Shown here in pieces: positions 29,243 through 38,391 of a stretch of 64,000 nucleotides of DNA. Made by a program: the position numbers and the translations under genes. This stretch comes from a virus, in IMG/VR virus record IMGVR_UViG_3300005534_000011, positions 1 to 64,000 of that record. The stretch is one strand, 5' to 3'. Positions within the stretch are counted from its first letter, which is position 1. Every line of letters starts with the position of its first letter. The notes beneath the pieces were generated by a model. That model did no database searches and was not told the origin of the DNA. It saw only the letters and a program-made list of their open reading frames with translations.

Positions 29243-29452
29243 ATGAACCGTAAAGAAGCATTCCTAAAGATCAAATCCGTAGCGGCGGATGATGGGTTTA
29301 CCAAACTGGATGTTCTGCCGATGTTCAAAGGTGTAGCACCTTCGGTTGTTAATGGCTATTTGAAAGCCGCGTATGAACTTGGGTTCATTACCCTGAATGC
29401 AGGCAACCCGCTGTGCATGTACCCGACCATCAATCTGCGCAACCTGAAATAA
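29243..29452 (+). CDS. small hypothetical protein, possible wHTH
   Basis: Cassette promoter and GAGG RBS; SVVNGYLKAAYELGFIT. Confidence 0.55.
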   Translation: MNRKEAFLKIKSVAADDGFTKLDVLPMFKGVAPSVVNGYLKAAYELGFITLNAGNPLCMYPTINLRNLK

Positions 29453-29465
29453 TTAGGAGGTAACC

Positions 29466-29783
29466 ATGGAAATTTTGGTTCATAACAGTATCAATTTCGT
29501 TAATGGTTTGGCGATGAATATCACCAACCCAGATACATTCTCGGTCCCAAGCCTTGACGAAAAGCTGGCGGTAAAACCGGGTGGTCATATCAAGATTGGG
29601 GTTAAGGTGAACTCCCATAACATCAATTGCGAACGGTTTTGGGGTCGGGTGGTTCAAAACGATACCGATAACCATATCATCACAGTGATGATTGACAATG
29701 ATTTGATTTGTACCGACATTCATGGGCTGCGTTATGATGATTGTATTCAAGTGCCCTATGATGTCGTGTTAGATGTAATTTGA
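29466..29783 (+). CDS. DUF2314-like protein
   Basis: G.HIKIG...ERFW..V...IDND; GGAGG RBS. Confidence 0.55.
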   Translation: MEILVHNSINFVNGLAMNITNPDTFSVPSLDEKLAVKPGGHIKIGVKVNSHNINCERFWGRVVQNDTDNHIITVMIDNDLICTDIHGLRYDDCIQVPYDVVLDVI

Positions 29784-29860
29784 TCAAATAGGGGTTTGCA
29801 TTTGATGTAAACCCTTGCTATACTGCTATCACACCAACCAAATCAAGGAATACCAAAATG
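29779..29860 (+). promoter_or_regulatory. palindromic cassette promoter
   Basis: GGGTTTGCAT-TTG-ATGTAAACCC, TGC-TATACT, CACACCAACCAAATCAAGGAATACCAAAATG. Confidence 0.8.
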
Positions 29861-30121
29861 GCTATCGTCAAAGCTGTTGCAAACACCCAAGACCTGAACA
29901 AAAACTGTGTTCTAATCTCAAAGGTTGTTAATCAGGTGGACGGCAACACGGTGCTGGTTTATATCCTGTTCATCAATAACAAGCCGGTCAACCACACTGC
30001 AAGCTTTGACCGCGCACTGGGTTGGTATGACAAGAATGTGACCGACGTTGTTAACCCGGTTGAAGTGGTTGAAATCGGCCATTATGCGTGTGGTACTATC
30101 CACATCAAAGAAACCCGATAA
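29858..30121 (+). CDS. hypothetical protein (single-gene cassette)
   Basis: Lies between two near-identical cassette heads. Confidence 0.65.
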   Translation: MAIVKAVANTQDLNKNCVLISKVVNQVDGNTVLVYILFINNKPVNHTASFDRALGWYDKNVTDVVNPVEVVEIGHYACGTIHIKETR

Positions 30122-30202
30122 ATTTGATCAAATAGGGGTTGCATTTGATGTAACCCCTGCTATACTAACCCCATACCAACCAAATCAAGGAATACCAAAA
30201 TG
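30122..30202 (+). promoter_or_regulatory. palindromic cassette promoter
   Basis: GGGGTTGCAT-TTG-ATGTAACCCC, TGC-TATACT; same leader as 29779. Confidence 0.8.
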
Positions 30203-30517
30203 TCTATCATCAAAGCAATCGAAATCAAAATCGTCAAAGCTGGCACTGAACATTTGGTCCACCATCAAGCGGCGATAACCCTTGAATTCGCCCCTCAGTT
30301 TGTAGGCGATATCATCAAGTCCATTTGTGGTTGCGAGCTGGACGATGACGACCACAACGATTTGAACGACTTGCATGTTTATGGCGTAATGGCGAGCCGG
30401 TTCGGTAAAGATTGGGAATTCTATGTAACTGCCAAGGTTACCTACCCCGATGATATCAATTTGGATTCCAACGTGGATTCGGATATGTTCGCCCGCAAAT
30501 ATAAGAACACTTTGTAA
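30200..30517 (+). CDS. acidic hypothetical protein
   Basis: Cassette head and RBS. Confidence 0.65.
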   Translation: MSIIKAIEIKIVKAGTEHLVHHQAAITLEFAPQFVGDIIKSICGCELDDDDHNDLNDLHVYGVMASRFGKDWEFYVTAKVTYPDDINLDSNVDSDMFARKYKNTL

Positions 30518-30786
30518 TGACCAAGCGAAAGAGGCTCTATAAGCTGTTGCGGAAGCTCTGGAAGTTTCTTTGATGGTATCCAACCCGGTCTAATCAGCCG
30601 GGTTTTATTTTGCCTAGACATCTTGACAACCATACAAAAAATATGAGAAAATGAATTGACGACCTATATTTGTGGTTGGCATGAAAATTTCCGTGAACTA
30701 TTTGATGCAAATAGCTTTAAACCGCTTGTATTGCATCAAATTAGGAGTATACTGACCCTACACCAACCGAAACAGGGAATTCAAAC

Positions 30787-31227
30787 ATGAACGCTTTCAC
30801 CCAAGCCCACACGATGACTAAAGAAATCATTCAAGCTGGTGATAACTACGCGGCCACGTTTGCCCTGTGCCTGAAACACATCAAGGGGTCTATCATGACA
30901 GAAGCTCAGAAGCTGGCAGCACAATTCATAGCCGATGCTAAAGCCCGCATAGTCGAGTTGGAAGCGTTCAAATCGACTAACCCAAGCGGTTATGTCGTAA
31001 TCACCGGGGAAGATGTTAAAATGTCCCTGCAATTTGATGCAGGTTCGGTAAAGGTTTGCAGGATCGAATCCGCTACCCGATACAGCGAACGCCGCATAGC
31101 AGACGCTATCGCTTCTCAAGTACGGAATGGTGCCAATTACAAGGCCAAATCCATTTGGTTGATTGATCAGATTGTAAATGATATCGAATGTCAACAAGAC
31201 CTGATCCGTCAATGTGAATCGATTTAA
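30787..31227 (+). CDS. hypothetical protein
   Basis: Cassette head GTATTGCATCAAAT..TATACT; AH.MTK..I..GDNY.ATF.LCLK motif. Confidence 0.65.
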   Translation: MNAFTQAHTMTKEIIQAGDNYAATFALCLKHIKGSIMTEAQKLAAQFIADAKARIVELEAFKSTNPSGYVVITGEDVKMSLQFDAGSVKVCRIESATRYSERRIADAIASQVRNGANYKAKSIWLIDQIVNDIECQQDLIRQCESI

Positions 31228-31245
31228 ATCGATTTAAAATAATCG

Positions 31246-31319
31246 AAATAGGGGTTGCAATTTGATGTAACCCCTAGTAAACTGCAATTACACCAATCGA
31301 AATGGAAGTTGGCAAAATG
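31246..31319 (+). promoter_or_regulatory. palindromic cassette promoter (near-identical to 40015-40090)
   Basis: AGGGGTTGCAATTTGATGTAACCCCTAGTAAACTGCAAT. Confidence 0.75.
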
Positions 31320-31556
31320 ATCATCATCAAAGACGAGTTCACTAGCGGCGCTCAGGTAAGCATGGAAATGGATAAGGACGCGGGCGAGCTGTTCGTTTTC
31401 CATTGCCCTGCCGGTCAAGGCTGCAAGGTCAATAAATGGCCTTTGGATAGCTATCATATGCCCATTGCGATGGCGTATTACACGGAATGCTGCACAATTG
31501 AACAGCCAGAACCAGACGACATCGATTCAACTTTTGCATGCATGTGTGACGAATAA
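31317..31556 (+). CDS. hypothetical protein (single-gene cassette)
   Basis: Lies between cassette heads. Confidence 0.6.
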   Translation: MIIIKDEFTSGAQVSMEMDKDAGELFVFHCPAGQGCKVNKWPLDSYHMPIAMAYYTECCTIEQPEPDDIDSTFACMCDE

Positions 31557-31566
31557 CCAGCGTCAA

Positions 31567-31639
31567 TATAGGGTTTGCATTTGATGTAAACCCTTGCTAG
31601 AATCTAATCACACCAACCAAATCAAGGATTATCGAAATG
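31567..31639 (+). promoter_or_regulatory. palindromic cassette promoter (near-identical to 39652-39729)
   Basis: GGGTTTGCATTTGATGTAAACCCTTGCTAGAATCTAATCACACCAACC. Confidence 0.75.
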
Positions 31640-31846
31640 GCTACCGAAACCCACCTGACCCGCGAAGTGTTCACCCTCAATAAGCAGTCTGTTGGCGTCA
31701 AAGTTGCTTATAATGGTTGGTGTGCCACCTATAACGGTGACGACTGTTCGTTGTCTGATATCCCGGCTCAGTACCACGAAACCATCCGTAAGGTGGTGAC
31801 CGTAATTTGCCTCGAAAATAACTGGGTTGATATGGGGGCGGTGTAA
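31637..31846 (+). CDS. hypothetical protein
   Basis: Cassette head and RBS. Confidence 0.6.
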   Translation: MATETHLTREVFTLNKQSVGVKVAYNGWCATYNGDDCSLSDIPAQYHETIRKVVTVICLENNWVDMGAV

Positions 31847-32061
31847 TGAGAGAACAATTAATCAAATTGATACAAGCGTGGCAAACTTTGGGGTTTATTA
31901 ATAGTACCCTAATGCGACCTGTCGATTATGATAGGCTGGTGTCGTCCAGACGTGCTATAGAAGTGGCTGTTAAAGCGCTCGCCGGGGTTAGCAGTTCGGC
32001 CAGCATCATTGAAGCTATGCAGGTCGTGGGTATTACCCATGATGACCTTGACCATCAATAA
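31846..32061 (+). CDS. hypothetical protein
   Basis: TAATG coupling. Confidence 0.5.
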   Translation: MREQLIKLIQAWQTLGFINSTLMRPVDYDRLVSSRRAIEVAVKALAGVSSSASIIEAMQVVGITHDDLDHQ

Positions 32062-32066
32062 GGGAT

Positions 32067-32306
32067 TTGATCATGGCAATCGGCGAACGCAAAAGCATCA
32101 AAGGGGCACCATCACTCAAGGTTTTTGAATCGGTGATGATTAACCCACACGGTCGGGCAATCCGGTTGGACATCTGGAAGACCGACCAGACCGATGTTAA
32201 TGATAGTATTTTCGTTTTCTGTGCCAATGATTTTATCCAGACCTACGACACCGACAAGACCCTTTTGCTTGTCGAGCTGGCCGCGTACATGGTGGATAAC
32301 CTGTAA
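32067..32306 (+). CDS. hypothetical protein
   Basis: AAGGGA RBS; ends at the next cassette head. Confidence 0.55.
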   Translation: MIMAIGERKSIKGAPSLKVFESVMINPHGRAIRLDIWKTDQTDVNDSIFVFCANDFIQTYDTDKTLLLVELAAYMVDNL

Positions 32307-32376
32307 TTTGATGCAAAAGGGGTTTGCATTTGATGCAACCCCTGTTATACTGGTATCACACAAGGGAGATACCACC

Positions 32377-32547
32377 ATGTTAGACAACAAGTTTTCAAAG
32401 GGCGACAAAGTTCAAGCCGATGGCCCTTTCTGGCTTACCGTCACCGAAGTGCGTGCTAATGGCTGGTATAGCTGCATTTTCGGTGCCATCGGCGGTTATG
32501 CTGGTTCTTTCCGTGAAACCCAACTTTCAAAATATACTGGAGCATAA
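32377..32547 (+). CDS. small hypothetical protein (YodC-like)
   Basis: F.KGD.V...GP..TV...Y.C.F; cassette head at 32307. Confidence 0.5.
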   Translation: MLDNKFSKGDKVQADGPFWLTVTEVRANGWYSCIFGAIGGYAGSFRETQLSKYTGA

Positions 32548-32912
32548 CATGGGCCTTCTCATTAGCGTTTACCGTTCGGCTGGCTGTGACTGCACTAACA
32601 ACGGTGTGTCGTCTCGTTATGATCAACTGACCCTAGTTAATGTGGGTGGTCCTTTCGAGCCATCCAATACCGCCCCGGCTGCGTGGTTGGTCAAACATCG
32701 TACAATGCCGGGTGTTGTGTATATCGTGTGTGAAGACCCGGCAACTAGCAAACGTGCCCATATGGCTGGTGGGAACTTCGGCGGTACGAGTGATTCCCGG
32801 TTTTCATCTGAAATGGCAAAACTTACCGGCTGTGCAAACTGGCACGGTGCTGCGAAGATTCACGACCGATACGAATAACCTACCACAACTTTCAAAATAT
32901 ACTGGAGCATAA
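32521..32912 (+). repeat. 27-bp direct repeats (32521-32547 and 32886-32912) flanking one gene
   Basis: CAACTTTCAAAATATACTGGAGCATAA twice. Confidence 0.85.
32549..32878 (+). CDS. hypothetical protein
   Basis: DCTNNGVS ... MAGGNF..TSDSRF ... IHDRYE. Confidence 0.65.
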   Translation: MGLLISVYRSAGCDCTNNGVSSRYDQLTLVNVGGPFEPSNTAPAAWLVKHRTMPGVVYIVCEDPATSKRAHMAGGNFGGTSDSRFSSEMAKLTGCANWHGAAKIHDRYE

Positions 32913-32915
32913 ACC

Positions 32916-33155
32916 ATGTGGTACGAAATCAATGTTTCACTAAAAGGTAAGCACTTTTTCGCAACCGCCAAACGTAGCATTACCGACCGGGAGCAACTGA
33001 AAAAAGCGTATACCGTGTTTGCGGAAAAGTTCCCGGCAAGTGAAGGCTATGAACTGACTGTTACCAACTATGCGGTATCGGGTTATACGGTTGACCCAAT
33101 GACAGGCGAGCCGCCACGGCAGACCATCGGCGATATGGAACTCGACAAGGATTGA
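32916..33155 (+). CDS. hypothetical protein
   Basis: YEINVS..G.HFFAT...KFP...GY. Confidence 0.6.
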   Translation: MWYEINVSLKGKHFFATAKRSITDREQLKKAYTVFAEKFPASEGYELTVTNYAVSGYTVDPMTGEPPRQTIGDMELDKD

Positions 33156-33156
33156 T

Positions 33157-33360
33157 ATGAAATGCCCAAACTGTAAACAAGAATTGATGTTAAATTCACC
33201 GGTAGAATACAACGTGGAAACCTACCGAAAACCCGCTGTAGGTGTTGCGTTATGTTGTGGGGTTGGTATCAGGCTTGAGGTTGTTACTACCTTTAAAGCT
33301 ACGGTATACACCGGTAAGGCCATCTTTGACGACTGGGGTTATGAAATCAAACCAGCGTAA
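33157..33360 (+). CDS. hypothetical protein
   Basis: CPNC...CC; followed by a terminator at 33368-33395. Confidence 0.5.
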   Translation: MKCPNCKQELMLNSPVEYNVETYRKPAVGVALCCGVGIRLEVVTTFKATVYTGKAIFDDWGYEIKPA

Positions 33361-33650
33361 TACAAATAAACCCGGCGAAAGTCGGGTTTATTTTTGCCTA
33401 TTACTTGCATTTGATGCAATACCTGCTATAATTTGATCATAACCCAGATAAGGAATATGATCATGAAAGCACTACTCAACCGGGACCGTTCAAACGTTGA
33501 TGATATCGGTTTGATTATGGTATCTGTTCTGGCGGTTGTCAGTATCCTATGGACCATCAGCTAATTTTGTTTCAGGGTTGCAATCTGGTTTGGATGTGCT
33601 ATTCTATAGTTACTGGGGCGGCTCAGAGGCAATCACCGAAGTACCCTTGA

Positions 33651-33692
33651 ATTTGAGTTGGCACGATTCTTGTCATAGCAATTACAATGCCA
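33651..33692. promoter_or_regulatory. convergent pair of sigma54-like (-24/-12) boxes
   Basis: + TGGCACG-ATTC-TTGT; - TGGCATT-GTAA-TTGCT. Confidence 0.4.
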
Positions 33693-33796
33693 GAATTGAA
33701 ACAAATTATTTTCAATTAATTGCATCAAATAGCTTGACCACGCTTCTAGATGCTGTAGACTGACCATATCGAAACAAAACATCAGGAGTAACAAAC

Positions 33797-34210
33797 ATGA
33801 AAGTAGTAGCCGATTATCCAGCTTATCAAATCATCGATATGGAACAGGATGTACTAGACTGGCCGGAAGATACCAAAATCAATATGGCGATTGCCTATGA
33901 ATCCCGGCAGTATGGCACCATGTACCGGATGTATTATATTTCTGGTGTGGCTGCATATGTTCGTAAGTCCAATAACGAAAGCCCGGAAGAGTATCACAGT
34001 GACCCGGAAGCCGCTGTAACTCGTGCAAAATCGATGGGTCAGGCCCTGTATTGGGTAAGTGAGTGCTCTACCAGTATCACCGCGTGGAACCGTCCTAAAG
34101 AAACCCATATTTTGGGTAAGGTCTGGCAGAAAATCCGGTTTGATGGTAAGTTGTTCGAACTGGTACACAATCGCGCCGAATTCTATAGCCTGAAAGAAAT
34201 TTCGGAATAG
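33797..34210 (+). CDS. hypothetical protein
   Basis: Cassette head at 33720 and AGGAG RBS. Confidence 0.65.
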   Translation: MKVVADYPAYQIIDMEQDVLDWPEDTKINMAIAYESRQYGTMYRMYYISGVAAYVRKSNNESPEEYHSDPEAAVTRAKSMGQALYWVSECSTSITAWNRPKETHILGKVWQKIRFDGKLFELVHNRAEFYSLKEISE

Positions 34211-34284
34211 CATCAAATAGGGGTTGCATCAATTGCAGCCCCTGCTATACTAACCCCACACCAACCAAATCAGGATTACATAAC

Positions 34285-34719
34285 ATGCAAATTTCTAAAG
34301 ACATAACCGCAAACGTTCTGGCCGGTGTAATAACCTCCGATGTTAAACGTGTAGAGGCTGCCCGTGTATTGGGTATGTTCCGGGTTGTTCTGGTCGAGGA
34401 TGAAACTTACAGTTTTGAAGACCTGTGCGGCGATATGTATAACCCGGAAGCTAACCCGGATGTTGATGTAACGGTGTTGGCTCGCCAGAAGCGTGCATAT
34501 CGTGCCAGAGTGAACCGCGACGGTGTGTATGGTTCATTGGCTCAGGTACGGAATACACCAACTGGGTTATGGGTCACGGTTGAATCAATCTGGGGTTTTG
34601 TGGGTGAAGATTTTATCGGTTCCGGTTATGAATCGGACTTTATCGAAAATGCAAGTGAGTGGTTGTTTACAAACCTCGATTTGCCGAAGCTTCAAGCGGC
34701 GTTCAAAGATTTGATGTAA
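34285..34719 (+). CDS. hypothetical protein (single-gene cassette)
   Basis: Palindromic head at 34210-34287; next head at 34710. Confidence 0.65.
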   Translation: MQISKDITANVLAGVITSDVKRVEAARVLGMFRVVLVEDETYSFEDLCGDMYNPEANPDVDVTVLARQKRAYRARVNRDGVYGSLAQVRNTPTGLWVTVESIWGFVGEDFIGSGYESDFIENASEWLFTNLDLPKLQAAFKDLM

Positions 34720-34791
34720 TTTGATCAAATAGGGGTTGTATATGATGCAACCCCTTGCTATAATTACCTCACACAAACCGGAGTACATAAC

Positions 34792-35046
34792 ATGCACAAC
34801 ATCCAAGCGGTCAACGACAAACTAACCGAAGGTAAAGCCACTGACCTACTGTTTACCGGGTTTCGTCAGGCCATGCGTGATGGCATGAACTATGCCCATT
34901 TCAATAGTGGGTGTGATGCGTTCGGGTTGGATGTTGTCGAAGTCCCAAGGGTCAACCAACTTAACGGCCAAAAATATTGGTCCCTTCGGTTGTATTGCGA
35001 TTGTAAATTGGTTGCAACCGCCTACGCGGATGAACATGATTTGTAA
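34792..35046 (+). CDS. hypothetical protein
   Basis: Palindromic head and GGAG RBS. Confidence 0.6.
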   Translation: MHNIQAVNDKLTEGKATDLLFTGFRQAMRDGMNYAHFNSGCDAFGLDVVEVPRVNQLNGQKYWSLRLYCDCKLVATAYADEHDL

Positions 35047-35106
35047 GGGCTTGACAATCCAGTTACACCTGATAGGCTGAATCACTTTTTACCTTGAGGC
35101 GTCACC

Positions 35107-35301
35107 ATGCAAACCACGACCGTATCTCAAACCGCCTATAACCCCTCTCAGGGCGTTGTAAGCAGCCAACCCATGCAACCGGCCTACCGTGCCGAGTACA
35201 ACCCACTGTCGGCCCGCTGGATGGTTCTGAGCGAGTTTGATGTATGTGTGCAGGCTGGTTTGAGCAAAGTTGCGGCTATTGCATTAGCCGAAAGCCTCTA
35301 A
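35107..35301 (+). CDS. hypothetical protein
   Basis: TTGACA promoter at 35051; terminator downstream. Confidence 0.5.
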   Translation: MQTTTVSQTAYNPSQGVVSSQPMQPAYRAEYNPLSARWMVLSEFDVCVQAGLSKVAAIALAESL

Positions 35302-35421
35302 AGATTTGAAAAGAGCCCCGAAAGGGGCTTTTTGTTGTCTAAAAATAATTTGATGTAATCATTGACATAACAATTCTGTTCTGTATAATTCAATCCATAC
35401 CAACCAATCGGATTAATCAAA

Positions 35422-35694
35422 ATGCTTACTCAAACCAGCCTGAAACATCCAGTAATGCAAGACCGCATCCTGTCCGGGTTGATCGAAGCCCAGACCAAGG
35501 CCGAAAACGCCGGTCATGGTCGCGCCTACGTGGCTAATTCGAAAGGTAACAACATCATGCGGGTGGACGTGTTCAAACCGGGCCAAGTCGATTGGCTGCC
35601 GAAGGGTGGTGTTATTGTGTACGGTGAAAGCTCCCGGACCATTACCAACATGGTGGAATCCGCGTTGGGTTCTAAGCTTTCCGACTTGATTTGA
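35422..35694 (+). CDS. hypothetical protein
   Basis: TTGACA-N17-TATAAT promoter; terminator downstream. Confidence 0.65.
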   Translation: MLTQTSLKHPVMQDRILSGLIEAQTKAENAGHGRAYVANSKGNNIMRVDVFKPGQVDWLPKGGVIVYGESSRTITNMVESALGSKLSDLI

Positions 35695-35698
35695 TCAT

Positions 35699-35757
35699 AA
35701 GCCCCTGATTCTAGGGGCTTTTTATTGTCAAAAAATATTTGCATCAAATGCTTGCAA
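35699..35757 (+). terminator. terminator plus promoter-head module (copies at 37212, 38822, 40699)
   Basis: AAGCCCCTGATTCTAGGGGCTTTTT..TGTC.AAAAATATTTGCATCAAATGCTTG. Confidence 0.8.
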
Positions 35758-35811
35758 TGGTCTGAAATGGGTGTAGACTACCTATATCGAAACCAAACAG
35801 AGGATTCAATC

Positions 35812-36042
35812 ATGGCCCGTCGCGAAATACAACTGACTTGGAAAGGCGAAGATGGTGTAGAATTCACCTCTAACACCGCTATCAATGGAACAGAAGACGA
35901 AATCATTGATTATTACATGAATAATCAATTTAACGTTGGTAAGGGTCCGAACGATTATATGGCGGTTTGTGTTGCACTGGATTTTACCGATGTTAAACCG
36001 GTTGATGTATTCGGAATTAATAACTCGTTTGGGGGTCTGTGA
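35812..36042 (+). CDS. acidic hypothetical protein
   Basis: T.INGT..EI..YY....FN motif; GAGGA RBS. Confidence 0.6.
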   Translation: MARREIQLTWKGEDGVEFTSNTAINGTEDEIIDYYMNNQFNVGKGPNDYMAVCVALDFTDVKPVDVFGINNSFGGL

Positions 36043-36374
36043 TGCTCTATACATTGCTTGGTTTGTACCTGATGACCGGTGCTACTAGCCCAACTGATAC
36101 TGTCGAGAAAATCGAGGGCATGCATTTGGAACAATCGGTTTGTGTTCAACGTGCCAAAATTCTGGCGGATGAATTGGGTGGGGCTCGCTGCCGACCAGAA
36201 GAGGAACTAGACGAAAACACACCGTATCGGAATACCCTCACAAAGATTCAATTGCCATCGGGTCGGGTTATTGAGTTGTGGTACACCCGTGGGGTTTGGT
36301 CTTATCCTGCTGATTTGGTTGATGAGGATCGGGAGCTTATCGAGCAATACACCCAATTCGAATACAGCCGCTGA
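36039..36374 (+). CDS. hypothetical protein with N-terminal signal/TM
   Basis: Coupled ORF. Confidence 0.5.
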   Translation: MMLYTLLGLYLMTGATSPTDTVEKIEGMHLEQSVCVQRAKILADELGGARCRPEEELDENTPYRNTLTKIQLPSGRVIELWYTRGVWSYPADLVDEDRELIEQYTQFEYSR

Positions 36375-36453
36375 AAATAAAATCGGAATAGGGGTTGTAT
36401 TGCATCAAATTGAGATTATACTAACCCCACACCAACCAAATCGAGTAAAGATC

Positions 36454-36699
36454 ATGAAAACCGCGACCAAGACCTACGCCATAGTTGACGTTAAAAAATG
36501 GTGGTTCTCGCACTTCACCATCAATGGCAATGGGGTTTATAGTTTCACCATCCAAACCGAAACCGGTGAAATCATCAGCGGCAAGACAGCTCCCGGCCTG
36601 AATCAACATCTGTCGATGAGTCCTGCTAAGCTGGCAGACGTGACCATCAGCACAACCCCGACCGGTCGTATCAAGATGACCAACGCCAACCGGGCCTAA
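36454..36699 (+). CDS. hypothetical protein (single-gene cassette)
   Basis: Between heads at 36387 and 36704. Confidence 0.6.
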   Translation: MKTATKTYAIVDVKKWWFSHFTINGNGVYSFTIQTETGEIISGKTAPGLNQHLSMSPAKLADVTISTTPTGRIKMTNANRA

Positions 36700-36778
36700 A
36701 GAATTTGATGTAAGGGGGTTGCTAATTGATGCAACCCTGTTATAATTCCAGCACACCAACCGAAATAGGGATTCAAAA

Positions 36779-36991
36779 ATGGCTATCGCACACGACATAA
36801 CCTGCAAGAACTCGACCAATCCTAAAGGCTTTCACGTTAGCTTTAATGGTCGCCGGGCTGGGGCGTTGGGTGTTACCTATGCCGTGCAAATCAACGTTTA
36901 CGCGGATACCGAAGAAATGGCACACACCGCCATCTATCAGGAATATGAACACCTGATGTTCGTCAAAATCACTCCTATCAATGGTGATTGA
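36779..36991 (+). CDS. hypothetical protein
   Basis: F.GR..GA.G..Y ... YEH motif. Confidence 0.6.
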   Translation: MAIAHDITCKNSTNPKGFHVSFNGRRAGALGVTYAVQINVYADTEEMAHTAIYQEYEHLMFVKITPINGD

Positions 36992-36992
36992 T

Positions 36993-37223
36993 ATGACCAC
37001 TAATCGGGTGTTCAAGAAGGGTGACACCGTAGGTTTAAAGGCATCGGTTCGTAAAGGTTGGAAGTGTCCAGAAGGCCGAGAGGACAACCAAACCGCCGAT
37101 ATCAGAGCGACCTACAGCGATAAAGGCGAATGCTGGTTAGACCATGATTTACACGGCTGCAAGTATTGGAATCAAGAGGATTTGATTTTGATTCAAGCGG
37201 TTGAAGACAAGACGCCCCAATAG
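36993..37223 (+). CDS. hypothetical protein
   Basis: L.G..YWN..DL motif. Confidence 0.55.
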   Translation: MTTNRVFKKGDTVGLKASVRKGWKCPEGREDNQTADIRATYSDKGECWLDHDLHGCKYWNQEDLILIQAVEDKTPQ

Positions 37224-37319
37224 GGGCTTTTTGTTGTTCAAAAATATTTGCATCAAATGCTTGCAATAGGTTGGAAACCGGTTATAATGAACCACACCAA
37301 CCAAATCAAGGATTCAAAA

Positions 37320-37727
37320 ATGAAAACCCAAGCCGAACTGATTCAAGAAGCTGTTACCAACGCCGCCGAAGGTTGTGCAATATTCAATGCAAAAATGGTC
37401 GAACTGTTTCCGGTGTATATTGCACTGGCACGCCCTCGTAAGTTGCTGGGTGATAACGTAGAAATCGAATTCGCCAACGTTTCCAACCGTTCCGAATGCT
37501 CTAGCGGGATTCTGATGAATGCTAGTGGTCATATGCGGTTTATGATGCAACTTAACGAAGGTGTTAATACCGTCGCAAATTCGTTTGATATTGACTTATT
37601 GACGTGGCATCATCAAGCACGTAGTGTTTTGAAGTTCCGTCGAATCAAAGGCAAGACCCCAGCCGAAGCCCTGCAAAAGTTGGCGGTCTGGTTTGAAAAG
37701 AATCAGGACATTATCAAGGCAATCTAA
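37320..37727 (+). CDS. hypothetical protein
   Basis: Cassette head at 37248 and AAGGA RBS. Confidence 0.65.
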   Translation: MKTQAELIQEAVTNAAEGCAIFNAKMVELFPVYIALARPRKLLGDNVEIEFANVSNRSECSSGILMNASGHMRFMMQLNEGVNTVANSFDIDLLTWHHQARSVLKFRRIKGKTPAEALQKLAVWFEKNQDIIKAI

Positions 37728-37732
37728 TTGGG

Positions 37733-38086
37733 GTGGCTATGGAAAAGGATTTGTTAGCACCGTGTGACAAGTGCCCCAGCATCACCGATAAGGAAGTGGG
37801 TTATATCGCTGGGGCTTCTGTAATGCTGTTTAAGACGTTCAACGGATCAAGCCGATATGTTTATCAGGTGCAAGGCCGTAACGTCGCTGTGATGCATATA
37901 GCGGCTGATATGAGCAAAGCTGCTAGGGTTGTGTCGGTGTATGCATTACCAGATTATAAAAATGCCGGGTTGTTCCGAAAGTTGTATTACAGTGCCATGA
38001 AAGATCATGGCCGGGTCAAGTTAGGTGATGAATTGTCTAACTGTACTCAAGTGCTCGACTTAATCCACGAAATCAAAAACATCTAA
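37733..38086 (+). CDS. GNAT-like acetyltransferase
   Basis: VSVYALPDYKNAGLFRKLY resembles acetyl-CoA binding motif A. Confidence 0.45.
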   Translation: MAMEKDLLAPCDKCPSITDKEVGYIAGASVMLFKTFNGSSRYVYQVQGRNVAVMHIAADMSKAARVVSVYALPDYKNAGLFRKLYYSAMKDHGRVKLGDELSNCTQVLDLIHEIKNI

Positions 38087-38096
38087 GGGCTTGATC

Positions 38097-38315
38097 ATGT
38101 GTCGCAAATTCATCAAAAATTCTGATATGCGGGAATTGGTCAACTTTGCCGAGGGGATCGGCTATAGTGTGGAACTAACCAAGGGTAAGCACCTAAAGTT
38201 TACCCTTCCCGGTGTGTCGCCGGTCTTCACAAGTTCAACCCCCAGTGATTACAGAAGCTGGGCTAACTGTCGAGCACGCTTGAAGCGGTTGGTGTCTGGG
38301 CTGATGGCGGCCTAA
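38097..38315 (+). CDS. HicA-like protein
   Basis: L..FA...GY.V...GKHLKF......V..SSTPSD.R. Confidence 0.55.
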   Translation: MCRKFIKNSDMRELVNFAEGIGYSVELTKGKHLKFTLPGVSPVFTSSTPSDYRSWANCRARLKRLVSGLMAA

Positions 38316-38391
38316 AAATAATTTGATGCAATCCCTTGACGGGGTGGTTAGGTTGCATCATACTGACTACACAATCAAAGGAGCTACACAA

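Noticed and set aside
35739-35757. GCATCAAATGCTTG as an IHF site, or TTGAT as an Anr/FNR box
   Set aside because: Most copies miss the IHF consensus WATCAA-N4-TTR at the first base, and TTGAT-N4-ATCAA spacing was not seen. Kept only as an alternative explanation.
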